Notes: generated from the letters alone by a model not told the origin. 64,000 bases of DNA from an uncultured Hyphomicrobiaceae bacterium (GCA_947258705.1 CAMYJA010000014.1:272-64271); one strand, 5' to 3'; numbered from the stretch's first letter, positions 18,949 to 28,397 are shown. Numbers and translations: made by a program.

Positions 18949-20769
18949 TTATTCCACAGTGACGGATTTGGCCAGATTACGGGGCTGATCGACATCAGTG
19001 CCCATGAAAACCGCCGTATGATACGCCAGCAATTGAACTGGAACTGCGTAAACCAGCGGCGTCGCGAAGGGATGGACTGTTGGCAGGCTGATAATGTTTT
19101 CCGCGTCCGCTCCTATCCTGTCGGGATCGTGATCCGTCAGCACGGTCACCCTGCCGCCGCGTGCCACCACTTCCTGTATGTTGGAAAGCGTCTTCTCGAA
19201 CAAGTCGTCATCAGGGGCGACCACGATAATGGGGACATCTTCGTCGATCAGTGCGATGGGGCCGTGCTTGAGTTCGCCGGCGGCGTAGCCTTCGGCGTGG
19301 ATATAGGAAATTTCCTTCAGTTTTAGCGCGCCTTCGAGCGCGATCGGATAGCTCACGCCACGACCCAGATAAAGCACGTCGCGCGCATGGGACAGGTCGT
19401 GGGAAATTTTTTCGAAAATGCTTTCATCGCGCAGAATTGTCGAAATATGCCCGGGCACCTTGGCCAGGGCCATGACCAGTTCGTTTTCGGTTTCTTCCGA
19501 GATATGCCCGCGTGCGCGGCCGATGGCAATGGCCAGGCAGGCGATCACGGCAAGCTGGCAGGTGAAGGCTTTTGTCGAGGCGACGCCGATTTCCGGGCCG
19601 GCCAGGGTTGGCAGGACGGAGGCGGATTCGCGGGCTATGCTGGACTCGCGCACATTGACGATGGAGGCGATGTGCTGTCCTTCCTCCTTGCAATATCGCA
19701 AAGTCGCCAGCGTATCGGCGGTTTCGCCCGACTGGGACACGAAAAGAGCCATGCCGCCCTTTTCCATGGGCGCCTCGCGGTAACGCATTTCCGATGCGAT
19801 GTCGATTTCAACCGGAATGCGCGCCCAGCGCTCGAGCCAGTATTTTCCGACCAGTCCGGCGTAATATGCCGTCCCGCAGGCCGAAATGGTGATGCGTTCT
19901 ATCGCCCCCAGATCCAGGTCGAAACGCGAGCGATCGACGCGGCCTTCTGAAAAATCGAGATAATGCGCCAGAGTGTGGCTGAGCACTTCGGGCTGCTCGT
20001 GGATTTCCTTGGCCATGAAATGCCGATGATTGCCCTTGTCGACCATCAGCGCCGAGGCGACGGATTTCACCTTGGCGCGCTCCACCTGCCGGCCCGCCCG
20101 GTCCCTGATGACAGCGCCATCGCGCTTCAGGACTGCCCAATCGCCATCGTCGAGATAGGTGATCGTGTCGGTGAAGGGTGCCAGGGCGATGGCATCGGAG
20201 CCGACATACATCTCGCCATCGCCATAACCGATTGCGAGGGGGGATCCCTTGCGCGCCGCGATCATCAGATCGTCATGGCCTGCGAAGATGATGGCCAGCG
20301 CAAAGGCACCTTCAAGCTTGCTCAGGCTCTGCTCCACCGCCTCCTCCGGTGTGGCGCCGCCTTTTAGAGTCCTTGCGATCAGATGGGCGATAACCTCTGT
20401 GTCCGTCTGGGTTGAAAATTCCATGCCGGATTTTTCCAGATCCTCGCGCAGTTCGCGGAAGTTTTCGATAATGCCGTTATGGACGACGGAAACATCTCCG
20501 CTCACATGGGGATGGGCGTTGATTTCGTTAGGTGCGCCATGGGTGGCCCAGCGCGTATGGCCGATGCCGGTGTGGCCCACCAGGGGCGCTTCGGACAGGC
20601 AGTTCTCGAGCTTTACAAGCTTGCCCTCGGCGCGGCGGCGATCGAGACTGCCATTTTCCACGGTCGCGATACCGGCGGAATCATAACCGCGATATTCCAG
20701 TCTTCTCAGCGCCTCGACGAGCGGACCCGCAACGGCCTCGTTTCCAAGAATTCCGACTATTCCACACAT
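18949..20769 (-). CDS. glmS: glutamine--fructose-6-phosphate aminotransferase
   Basis: 606-aa ORF that starts MCGIVG (Ntn glutaminase Cys) and ends AKSVTVE, with a full-length GlmS pattern. Confidence 0.97.
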   Translation of the reverse strand: MCGIVGILGNEAVAGPLVEALRRLEYRGYDSAGIATVENGSLDRRRAEGKLVKLENCLSEAPLVGHTGIGHTRWATHGAPNEINAHPHVSGDVSVVHNGIIENFRELREDLEKSGMEFSTQTDTEVIAHLIARTLKGGATPEEAVEQSLSKLEGAFALAIIFAGHDDLMIAARKGSPLAIGYGDGEMYVGSDAIALAPFTDTITYLDDGDWAVLKRDGAVIRDRAGRQVERAKVKSVASALMVDKGNHRHFMAKEIHEQPEVLSHTLAHYLDFSEGRVDRSRFDLDLGAIERITISACGTAYYAGLVGKYWLERWARIPVEIDIASEMRYREAPMEKGGMALFVSQSGETADTLATLRYCKEEGQHIASIVNVRESSIARESASVLPTLAGPEIGVASTKAFTCQLAVIACLAIAIGRARGHISEETENELVMALAKVPGHISTILRDESIFEKISHDLSHARDVLYLGRGVSYPIALEGALKLKEISYIHAEGYAAGELKHGPIALIDEDVPIIVVAPDDDLFEKTLSNIQEVVARGGRVTVLTDHDPDRIGADAENIISLPTVHPFATPLVYAVPVQLLAYHTAVFMGTDVDQPRNLAKSVTVE

Positions 20770-20827
20770 ATCAATCTCGTCCTGTCATTCTATCGTCAGG
20801 GGCGCCTCGGGGCCGGAGCGCGCCCGC

Positions 20828-22198
20828 TCAACTCGCTTTACGTTTCGCCCGCGTCATCAGGGCGCGGAATTTCGCCGCCCATCCGGGACGAATTTCCTGA
20901 ATTCCGCGGGCAATCGCCAAGGCATCGGGTTCGACGTCGCTGGTGATGACGCTGCCCGAGCCGACAAAGGCGCCGTCTCCGATTTTCACGGGGGCCACCA
21001 ATGCTGTATTGGAGCCGATAAAAGCGCCCGCACCAATGGCCGTCTGATGTTTGCGGAAGCCATCATAATTGCACGTGATGGTTCCAGCGCCGATATTAGC
21101 CGACGTGCCGACCTCGGCATCGCCCACATAGCTCAGATGATTAACCTTGGCGCTGTCGCCGATAACAGCGTTTTTGATCTCGACGAAATTGCCGACCTTG
21201 GCATTCTCGCCTATATCGGCGCCGGGCCTGAGACGCGCATAGGGGCCGACAGTTGCGCCGGATGCGATATTGGCGCCCTCGAGATGCGAAAATCCCTTAA
21301 TCCTTGCTCCGTCATGAATGGTGACACCGGGGCCGAAAATGACATGGGGCTCGATCACGACATCCCTGCCGATGGTCGTATCGCTGGAAAAATAGACCGT
21401 TGCGGGATCGATCAATGTGGCGCCATTCCGCATCGCGCCGTCACGCATACGCTTCTGGAAAATGGCTTCCGCTTCGGCAAGCTGGGCGCGGCTGTTGACA
21501 CCGAGAACTTCGCTTTCCGGACAGGTGATCGCCGTCGCCTTCAGTCCCTGAGAACGAGCGATCTCGATCGCATCCGTGAGATAATATTCTTCCGCGGCAT
21601 TATTGTTGGATATGGCCTCGAGAAGGGTCAGCATGGACTGGCTTTTAAAGCCCATGACGCCGGAATTGCAAAACGTGACCTTTTGCTCGGCGGCGCTGGC
21701 GTCCTTATCTTCCCGTATGGCGAGCAATATATCGTCCGCACCCATGAGCAGGCGGCCATATCCCGACGGATCCTGGGCATTAAAGCCAAGCACCACGATG
21801 TCAGCGTCGGCATTGAGCGCCTGGCGCATCGCGCTCACGGTTTTGTTCGTGATCAGCGGCGTATCGCCGTAAAGCACGATGACGTCGCCGTCGAACTCGC
21901 TAATCGCCTCGCGGGCCGCGAGCACGGCATTGGCGGTGCCCAGTTGTTTCGCCTGCTGGAAAATCAGGGTGCCGGAATTAACGCGCAGCGCCTCATCGCC
22001 GACCTCGCTCAGGTCCGGAGCGATGACAACACCGCATTGGTCAGCGCCGGCATCGCATACAAGGGTGAGAACATGGGCCAGCAGGGAGCGGCCGCCGATG
22101 TGATGCAGCACTTTCGGCAGGGTAGATTTCATTCTGGTGCCCTTACCGGCCGCCAGGATCAGTGCAAGAAATTGACGCTCGCTCAAACCGCTCTCCAA
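20828..22198 (-). CDS. glmU: bifunctional UDP-GlcNAc pyrophosphorylase / GlcN-1-P acetyltransferase
   Basis: N-terminal LAAGKGTRMKS nucleotidyltransferase motif and C-terminal hexapeptide-repeat beta-helix. Adjacent to glmS. Confidence 0.95.
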   Translation of the reverse strand: MESGLSERQFLALILAAGKGTRMKSTLPKVLHHIGGRSLLAHVLTLVCDAGADQCGVVIAPDLSEVGDEALRVNSGTLIFQQAKQLGTANAVLAAREAISEFDGDVIVLYGDTPLITNKTVSAMRQALNADADIVVLGFNAQDPSGYGRLLMGADDILLAIREDKDASAAEQKVTFCNSGVMGFKSQSMLTLLEAISNNNAAEEYYLTDAIEIARSQGLKATAITCPESEVLGVNSRAQLAEAEAIFQKRMRDGAMRNGATLIDPATVYFSSDTTIGRDVVIEPHVIFGPGVTIHDGARIKGFSHLEGANIASGATVGPYARLRPGADIGENAKVGNFVEIKNAVIGDSAKVNHLSYVGDAEVGTSANIGAGTITCNYDGFRKHQTAIGAGAFIGSNTALVAPVKIGDGAFVGSGSVITSDVEPDALAIARGIQEIRPGWAAKFRALMTRAKRKAS

Positions 22199-22431
22199 TC
22201 GCAGTGTTTCTAGACTTTAATCTGACCGGATACCCAAACGCATAAACTCTATCTCTTTAACGACACTGGATAGCAACATTCATGCCGCAATGCCTGTTTG
22301 CAGGTCCTGCAGCCTTCCGGTCAGGGATTTATACGCAAACTAGGCGCTGATGGCGCCGTAATCCATAGTTAATTGCGTTATGGATTTAACATTTATCTTC
22401 AGAAAATTACACGAATTCCGCCGCGGGATTA

Positions 22432-22545
22432 CACCGGATTCATCCCCAATCGCGTGATTCATTCCTATTCGCGTGATTCATTCCGGTTCGCGAGATTCAT
22501 TCCAGTTCGCGAGATTCATTCCAGTTCGCGAGATTCGTTCCCGTT
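22432..22545. repeat. 19-bp tandem repeat x6 (five good units plus one degenerate), each unit containing GATTC
   Basis: Units CGCG(T/A)GATTCATTCCnnTT lie at 22451, 22470, 22489, 22508 and 22527, with a degenerate unit at 22432. GATTC recurs every 19 bp from 22437 to 22532. Confidence 0.95.
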
Positions 22546-22809
22546 TATGTGTGCTCAATCAGCCATAGCGGTGCAAGTGCGCAACAGACATGTCCACAGT
22601 CTGTTGACTTCATTGAAAACAGTGATTGAACCAAAGGGCCGACTCAGACAGCCTCAACCTTTGATTCAGGGCTTTTGGGGGAAGCGTCCATGCATGAGCC
22701 GGCTTTGTCTTCGGTTCCTTTTCGACAAGCCCCTTCCCCCAGCAGCCTTCGACAGCATTGCATTCATGTTGCCTTGAAGGGGCACAACCGAGACGGGGTG
22801 GTTTAGATC

Positions 22810-23916
22810 ATGGCTTCAAGCGGACCAATGCCAGTACAATCAGAGCCTTATACGAGGGGGTATTATGTCATCTGGAGCCTGCTTTCGCTGGCCGCGATCG
22901 GCTATATTGCCTATCTCGCCTTTGGCGCGGGCGACTCGCGGATGTTGCGGATCAGTAAAAAACAGGAACCGAACTCCTTCAGCGCCCAATTCAAGCAGCA
23001 CGATGCGAAAATCGGCTCGGCCATGGCCATCGCCGAACAGGCGCGCACCCTTGGCAAAGAGAATGTGGCGCGGATTGACGATCTGGAAAAGCGCCTAAGG
23101 CTGCTCGCGTGGAAACAGGAAGACCTGAAACCGCTTGCCGGTGTGCCCCGGACAGGGACCATCAAGCCGAATGGCGGACATATCAAACAGGTCATGGGGC
23201 ATGACGAGACGACATCGGACTCGGTGGACTCCGTTCATGGTGCGGTTGCCCATGCGATCAAACAGGTCAGCGCCGCGCGCCAGCAGGGCCTGGGGGCCGG
23301 GCCTGCGGCTTCGGTGGTCGGCGTAGTCGCCAATAATCCAGTGGACGGATCCGATATAATCGGCACCACGGTGGAAAACATGAGCGAAATCAATCCCGTC
23401 GCAATCGCCGCGGCAACGGCAGCGCTTGCGGGGAGAACCGGGGTTCAAGCGAAGGCCGACGATGTTGCATCGAGTCCTAAAATCATCGCCGCGCCGACAA
23501 CAGCCGATGCGGCAAAAACGGCCGAGGCCCTGAAAACAGAAACCAAGGCAAAAACAGCCGCCGCCGCCAAAAAGCTTGCCCTTAACACGCCGGCCAAAGA
23601 GCCGGTAGCTGTCAAGCCGAAACCGCGGATTGCCAGCGTTCCCCTGCCCGTACGTAAGACCTATGGCCTGAAACTCACTTCGGGGAGATCGGTCGCATCC
23701 CTGCGTCTCACCTGGGACCTGCTCACGGAAATGAACCGTCCGATTCTCGGCGGCCTGAAAACGCGCTATGTCAGGAGCGCCAGCAGGAGCAATATGCCTT
23801 ACAGGTTGATCGCCGGCCCACTGCGGTCGGACTCGAAGGCCAGTCAAATCTGCAAGAAACTTCACAAGCAGAATATTAATTGCGTGGTGACAGTCTTTAC
23901 GGGCCGCAGGCTGTAA
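22810..23916 (+). CDS. SPOR-domain membrane-anchored protein
   Basis: N-terminal TM helix (YYVIWSLLSLAAIGYIAYLAF), an Ala-rich linker, and a C-terminal SPOR-like block (YGLKLTSGRSVASLRLTW...YRLIAGPLRSDSKASQIC). Confidence 0.7.
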   Translation: MASSGPMPVQSEPYTRGYYVIWSLLSLAAIGYIAYLAFGAGDSRMLRISKKQEPNSFSAQFKQHDAKIGSAMAIAEQARTLGKENVARIDDLEKRLRLLAWKQEDLKPLAGVPRTGTIKPNGGHIKQVMGHDETTSDSVDSVHGAVAHAIKQVSAARQQGLGAGPAASVVGVVANNPVDGSDIIGTTVENMSEINPVAIAAATAALAGRTGVQAKADDVASSPKIIAAPTTADAAKTAEALKTETKAKTAAAAKKLALNTPAKEPVAVKPKPRIASVPLPVRKTYGLKLTSGRSVASLRLTWDLLTEMNRPILGGLKTRYVRSASRSNMPYRLIAGPLRSDSKASQICKKLHKQNINCVVTVFTGRRL

Positions 23917-24157
23917 CGCTTTTTCTTGCGCCCCGTTTCGTCACAGCGGGGCCATTTCATTCATTCCGATCACCACCGACATTCCGATCACCACTGAGCG
24001 GCTGCTTTTCCCATGCGCGGAACCAGCCGGGCAAGCTCGACTTTGTGTGAAATTCCATCGATACTCGGTATGCGGGCGGTTTTCCGGTCGGCTTTCCGGA
24101 ACGCTGACTGCTGGTCAACGCGTAATGCGAAAAAGTCGGCGCGTGAGGAGCAAAAGG

Positions 24158-25537
24158 ATGCATGGCGAACATAAGCCGGAATATACCCGACCTGAACCGG
24201 AGCCAGATCCGTTGCAGGACAATAGTCTGACGGCGGATCTGACCGCGCTGATCCAAAGCAAACCCGTCACCGACGAGGATCTGGAAGCGGCGGCCCTGTT
24301 CGTTCTCGATGCGGCCGCCAATATCGCCGCCGCGCGCAAATACCCGCCGGGCCGGATTATGATGTCCTGGGCCCGCGATTGCTGCGGTGTTCCGGGTCCG
24401 GATGCCGGGCGCAACGCGCTCATCGGCGGCGGTCTCTGCCACATGCTCGAATCGGATGATTTGCACCGGGCATCCGTGGTTCATCCGGGCTGCGCCGTCA
24501 TACCGGCCGCGCTCGCATTGGCAGATTGTCTGCCGGAAGTATCGGGCCGTCAGGTTTTGACCTCGGTTTTGTGGGGATATGAGGCTGCGATCCGGGTGGG
24601 CATGGCCGTCGGCCCCGGACATTACAAAGTCTGGCATAACACGGGAACCTGCGGTCCTTTCGGCTCGGCCATGGCAGCGGCATGTCTGATCGGGCTCAGC
24701 GAGGCGCAGACGATAAATGCTCTGGGAAACGCAGGCACTCAGTCCGCCGGTCTGTGGCAGTTTCTGGCCGATGGCGCTATGAGCAAATTCCTTCATGCCG
24801 GACGCGCGGCAGAAGCCGGTCTGGTCAGCGCCCAGCTGGCGGAGCGGGGCTTCACCGGCGCCGCACGAATATTGGAAGGCGGGCAGGGAATGTTTGCCGG
24901 CGCCTGCCCCGACCCCGAGCCCGATGCCGTTTTGGCTGATCCCGACCAACCATGGCAGCTCCACCTGACCTCCATTAAGCCCTGGCCGTGTTGCCGCCAC
25001 ACCCATGGCCCGATCGCCGCCGGCCTTGCCATGCATGACAGGGTCGCGGCCCTGTCACTTCCGCTTGACGATATCGCCGGGATCGAACTCGCGACATATC
25101 AGGCCGCCCTGGATGTCTGCGACCAGCCCAGGCCCGACAGTGATTATGCCGCCAAGTTTTCGTTGCAGCACTGCATCGCGGCTGCACTACGCGAAGGCCG
25201 CGTTGTGCCCGGCAGCTTCGAGGAAGGCGCGCGACGCGAGGCGGCAGGACTTGCGGCCAATGTCACCCTGCGCGCGGATGCCGCTCTCGATGCCGCCTAT
25301 CCCCTGCATTGGGGCTGCGCTCTCACAGCGAAGCTGCGGAACGGCGAGAAGATAGAAATCGTCAAACATGACGCTAAAGGCGATCCTGAAGACCCTCTCA
25401 GCCCTTCGGACCTGATCGACAAGGCAGGTGTCCTCTTGCGTCAGGCGGTGCATGGCAATAGCGGACAATTGATCGATCAGGCGCTGGCCATGGCGACAGG
25501 CGGCGCGCCCGTCTCCCTTCGCGGCCTGCTTGCGTAA
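24158..25537 (+). CDS. MmgE/PrpD-family protein
   Basis: About 459 aa with a family-wide resemblance to 2-methylcitrate dehydratase-like proteins. Start moved to ATG 24158, which has GAGGAG 8 nt upstream. Confidence 0.75.
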   Translation: MHGEHKPEYTRPEPEPDPLQDNSLTADLTALIQSKPVTDEDLEAAALFVLDAAANIAAARKYPPGRIMMSWARDCCGVPGPDAGRNALIGGGLCHMLESDDLHRASVVHPGCAVIPAALALADCLPEVSGRQVLTSVLWGYEAAIRVGMAVGPGHYKVWHNTGTCGPFGSAMAAACLIGLSEAQTINALGNAGTQSAGLWQFLADGAMSKFLHAGRAAEAGLVSAQLAERGFTGAARILEGGQGMFAGACPDPEPDAVLADPDQPWQLHLTSIKPWPCCRHTHGPIAAGLAMHDRVAALSLPLDDIAGIELATYQAALDVCDQPRPDSDYAAKFSLQHCIAAALREGRVVPGSFEEGARREAAGLAANVTLRADAALDAAYPLHWGCALTAKLRNGEKIEIVKHDAKGDPEDPLSPSDLIDKAGVLLRQAVHGNSGQLIDQALAMATGGAPVSLRGLLA

Positions 25538-25677
25538 CGCCCTGCATGGACCAAAGGGACTGAATAAACTAACATTTGAGCCGTTTCACCCTGTGGTGCC
25601 GCTTTGGATCGGTACAGGGTGTTATTGCGGGGCAGCGGAGGAAGCAGCAAGGCAATGGATTTGATCGACAAGGGTAT

Positions 25678-25735
25678 GAGCCGAAAGGGGCGGAGCCGAA
25701 AGGGGCGGAGCCGAAAGGGTCGGAGCCGAAAAGGA
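25678..25735. repeat. 15-bp tandem repeat, about 3.8 units
   Basis: GAGCCGAAAGGGGCG x2, then GAGCCGAAAGGGTCG, then a partial unit. It lies in the spacer just upstream of the CoA-transferase start. Confidence 0.9.
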
Positions 25736-25745
25736 CACGCTGTCC

Positions 25746-26999
25746 ATGGCTGACATGAAAGCGGCCCCCGGCCCCCTCGACGGCGTGCGGATACTCGATC
25801 TTTCGCGCATCCTTGCCGGGCCGACCATGACCCAGCTCCTTGGCGACCTCGGCGCAGACGTCATCAAGGTCGAGCGTCCCGGCAACGGCGACGATACGCG
25901 GGAATGGGGACCGCCCTATCTTGAAACCGGCGATGGGGACGAGCCGGGCCTGTCCAGCTATTTCCTTTGCGCAAACCGCAACAAGCGCTCCGTCGCTATC
26001 GATATATCGCGGAATGAGGGCGCGGACCTCGTCCGCAAACTAGCGCTTGAGTGCAATGTTCTCGTCGAGAACTTCAAGGTCGGCGATCTCGGCAGATACG
26101 GTCTCGCATATGACGACCTTCAGCCCGGGCATCCCGGTCTCATTTATTGTTCCATCACCGGCTTCGGCCAGACCGGCCCATTGGCGCACCGGCCGGGTTA
26201 TGACGCCATGATCCAGGCCATGGGCGGCGTCATGAGCCTGACCGGAGAGCCTGATGGCGAGCCCATGAAAGTGGGCGTAGGTGTCGCCGATATCGTCTGC
26301 GGCCTTTATGCCGGCACGGCCATTCTCGGCGCGCTCCGGCACTTCGACCGGACAGGCGAAGGCCAGCATATCGATGTCGGGCTTTTCGATACCCAGCTTG
26401 CCTGGCTCGTCAACGAGGCCCAGAACTACCTCCTCACCGGCAGGGTGCCTGAGCGCCGAGGGACCGCCCATCCCAATATTGTGCCCTATCAGGTATTCCC
26501 CGCTTCAGACGGCTATTTCATGCTGGCGGTCGGCAATGATTCCCAGTTTCGCAGGTTTTGCGCGCTGGCGGGCGCGCCCCGTCTCTCCGAAGATCCGAAA
26601 TTCGCCACCAATCCGGCCCGCATTCGAAACCGGGACGAGCTGATCCCGCTTATTCGCGATTTGACGCGTTCGCAGCCCGTCAGCTTCTGGATCGATAAAC
26701 TCGATGAGGCGGGTGTGCCCTCGGGGCCGATCAACGATCTGGCGCAGTCCTTCGGTGAGCCGCAGACGCAGGCACGCGAAATGCGCGTCCCCATGGCCCC
26801 GGATCATGACGGAGAGGGAACAACGGAACTGGTCGGCAATCCCTTGAAAATGTCGGCCACGCCAGTGAGCTATCGCCGCTTCCCGCCCAGGCTCGGCGAA
26901 CACACCCATGACGTCCTGCATGAACTCCTGGGGATCGACGATGACGAGATCGGCCGGCTCGCCATGGACGGTGTTGTGGCGTTGGACCGGGGAGAATGA
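25746..26999 (+). CDS. family III (CaiB/BaiF) CoA-transferase
   Basis: N-terminal signature LDGVRILDLSRILAGPTMTQLLGDLGADVIKVERP; 417 aa. Confidence 0.9.
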   Translation: MADMKAAPGPLDGVRILDLSRILAGPTMTQLLGDLGADVIKVERPGNGDDTREWGPPYLETGDGDEPGLSSYFLCANRNKRSVAIDISRNEGADLVRKLALECNVLVENFKVGDLGRYGLAYDDLQPGHPGLIYCSITGFGQTGPLAHRPGYDAMIQAMGGVMSLTGEPDGEPMKVGVGVADIVCGLYAGTAILGALRHFDRTGEGQHIDVGLFDTQLAWLVNEAQNYLLTGRVPERRGTAHPNIVPYQVFPASDGYFMLAVGNDSQFRRFCALAGAPRLSEDPKFATNPARIRNRDELIPLIRDLTRSQPVSFWIDKLDEAGVPSGPINDLAQSFGEPQTQAREMRVPMAPDHDGEGTTELVGNPLKMSATPVSYRRFPPRLGEHTHDVLHELLGIDDDEIGRLAMDGVVALDRGE

Positions 27000-27089
27000 G
27001 GAAAGCGGCCGTCCGGTTCAATTGCGCGCGAGGGCAGTCCGGCAAGCGTGTCACCGTCATCTCGTCAAACTGCGGCTGCCACAGTCTCT

Positions 27090-27599
27090 TCAAGCAAGTT
27101 GCGCCACCGCCACGACGTAGTTCTTGCCATAATATTTGGCGCACCGGGGACAGGTCGTATAGAAGAAATACATCTTGCCGACCTTCTTGCCGCGGCCCTC
27201 GACATAGGCCGTCATGTCAGCCTCCCATTTGGGCACATCCTTGAAGGGGCCTTCGAAGACCTTTGTCATGTAGTCGCCGGACAGATGTACCATTTCCTGG
27301 CCCGGGACATCTTTCGTGACGGCAAAATAATGCTCGCTCGACCAGGATGAGGGATCGTGGCTGAGCACGATCATGTCGTCGTCGCTTTGGGCGCCTGCAC
27401 TCTCGATGGCTGCGAATGTTTTTTTAAACACGGACCCCATATTCACCGGAATATGGAACAGGCTTTTGGTCTCGGCCTTGACGAAGAGTTTGCGGTCGAA
27501 ATGGAGATCCTGTTCATCCCATCCGTCGGGGTCGAAACGCGGGCAACAGTTGGTCGGGTTGTCGCTGAAATCATATTTCGGCAATGCGTTGACATCCAT
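27090..27599 (-). CDS. conserved hypothetical protein with C-terminal CPRC motif
   Basis: 169 aa from ATG 27599, with AGGAGG 8 nt upstream. Contains the blocks YDFSDNPTNCCPRF and FFYTTCPRCAKYYGKNYVV. I recall similar proteins auto-annotated only as 'hydrolase'; function unknown. Confidence 0.6.
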   Translation of the reverse strand: MDVNALPKYDFSDNPTNCCPRFDPDGWDEQDLHFDRKLFVKAETKSLFHIPVNMGSVFKKTFAAIESAGAQSDDDMIVLSHDPSSWSSEHYFAVTKDVPGQEMVHLSGDYMTKVFEGPFKDVPKWEADMTAYVEGRGKKVGKMYFFYTTCPRCAKYYGKNYVVAVAQLA

Positions 27600-27622
27600 G
27601 TTGCTCACCTCCTGACACTTTG

Positions 27623-27668
27623 TCCGACAAGAGCGTTTTTCATTATCCGACAAGGGCGATTTTCATTC
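27623..27668. repeat. 23-bp direct tandem repeat x2 in the 5' region of gene 27090..27599
   Basis: TCCGACAAGAGCGTTTTTCATTA (27623..27645) and TCCGACAAGGGCGATTTTCATTC (27646..27668) match at 20 of 23 positions. A third TTTTTCAT lies at 27678..27685. Confidence 0.85.
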
Positions 27669-27908
27669 TTGAAGAAGTTTTTCATCCATCAAGTTCGATG
27701 GCATTGATTTGCATCAAACCCGACCGTTCACAACGTGTCGCGGTGCGGTCGCCGGGAATAGCCGCGGGCTTACAGGATTTGGGCGTCCGAACAAATATCG
27801 GGAACGGTGGCACGACGATCCCAAGTGATTTGAACTCCGAAAAATAGCCGATGGCCGCCAATGAGCGGTATGGCTTCCGGGGCTTAAGGCCTTGCGCTGC
27901 GTCCGGTG

Positions 27909-28319
27909 TCAGGATTTGTCCACGGAGGCCATGGTGTCGAGATCGCGAAGGTAGAAGAGCGCAAAGCACGCGGCCAGCATCGGCCACGCCGCCCAGAACA
28001 ACAGACTTGTCTTGGGCTGGAAGACATACACATACTGCTCATAGCTCGACAGCGTCGAGACGGTGTGCATCGCCAGCACCAGAGCGGTGGTGAGCGTCTT
28101 CTTCAAGCCGATCGCAAAGGCGCATATGACAATGAGCTGGGCGGTCCCTATGGCGTAGAGGACGGGCGCTTCAAGGCCGGGCAGCAGATAGAACTTGCCA
28201 AAAACCCTGGCTGCGTGGTCCGGCATGATGAACTTGTCCAGAGTCCACACCAGCATCACGATAAAGACGCTGATCCGAAGCAGGAACAAAACCAGCCTGA
28301 CGCGATCATCCGTTTCCAT
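27909..28319 (-). CDS. four-helix membrane protein, DoxX-like
   Basis: 136-aa ORF with four hydrophobic segments. The resemblance to the DoxX family is weak and rests on size and topology only. Confidence 0.45.
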   Translation of the reverse strand: METDDRVRLVLFLLRISVFIVMLVWTLDKFIMPDHAARVFGKFYLLPGLEAPVLYAIGTAQLIVICAFAIGLKKTLTTALVLAMHTVSTLSSYEQYVYVFQPKTSLLFWAAWPMLAACFALFYLRDLDTMASVDKS

Positions 28320-28397
28320 GTGGAGCCCCCCATCTTATTCAGCCAGAGTTAAAAAGACCGGTGTTTAAATTGCCGGCTGTTGAACGGCCAGGAAAAA

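Noticed and set aside
20770-20827. glmS ribozyme or other leader element near glmS.
   Set aside because: The glmU-glmS spacer is only 58 nt, and the glmS ribozyme is a Gram-positive feature. Nothing here resembles it.
22373-22777. 134-aa ORF reading through the 19-bp repeat array (…IPNRVIHSYSRDSFRFARFIPVREIHSSSRDSF…).
   Set aside because: A 19-bp period is not a multiple of 3, so the repeat gives a shifting, non-repetitive peptide. The ORF has no start context and no protein-like features. It is treated as non-coding.
23966-23998. Direct repeat CATTCCGATCACCAC x2 downstream of the SPOR gene, sharing ATTCATTCC with the 19-bp array.
   Set aside because: There are only two short copies, and the shared 9-mer may be coincidental. 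This is not enough to link it to the array.
25576-25758. 60-aa ORF encoding an EPKGA pentapeptide repeat from the 15-bp tandem repeat.
   Set aside because: It is short, overlaps the CoA-transferase start, has no SD or start context, and its remainder is not protein-like. The repeat is more simply non-coding.
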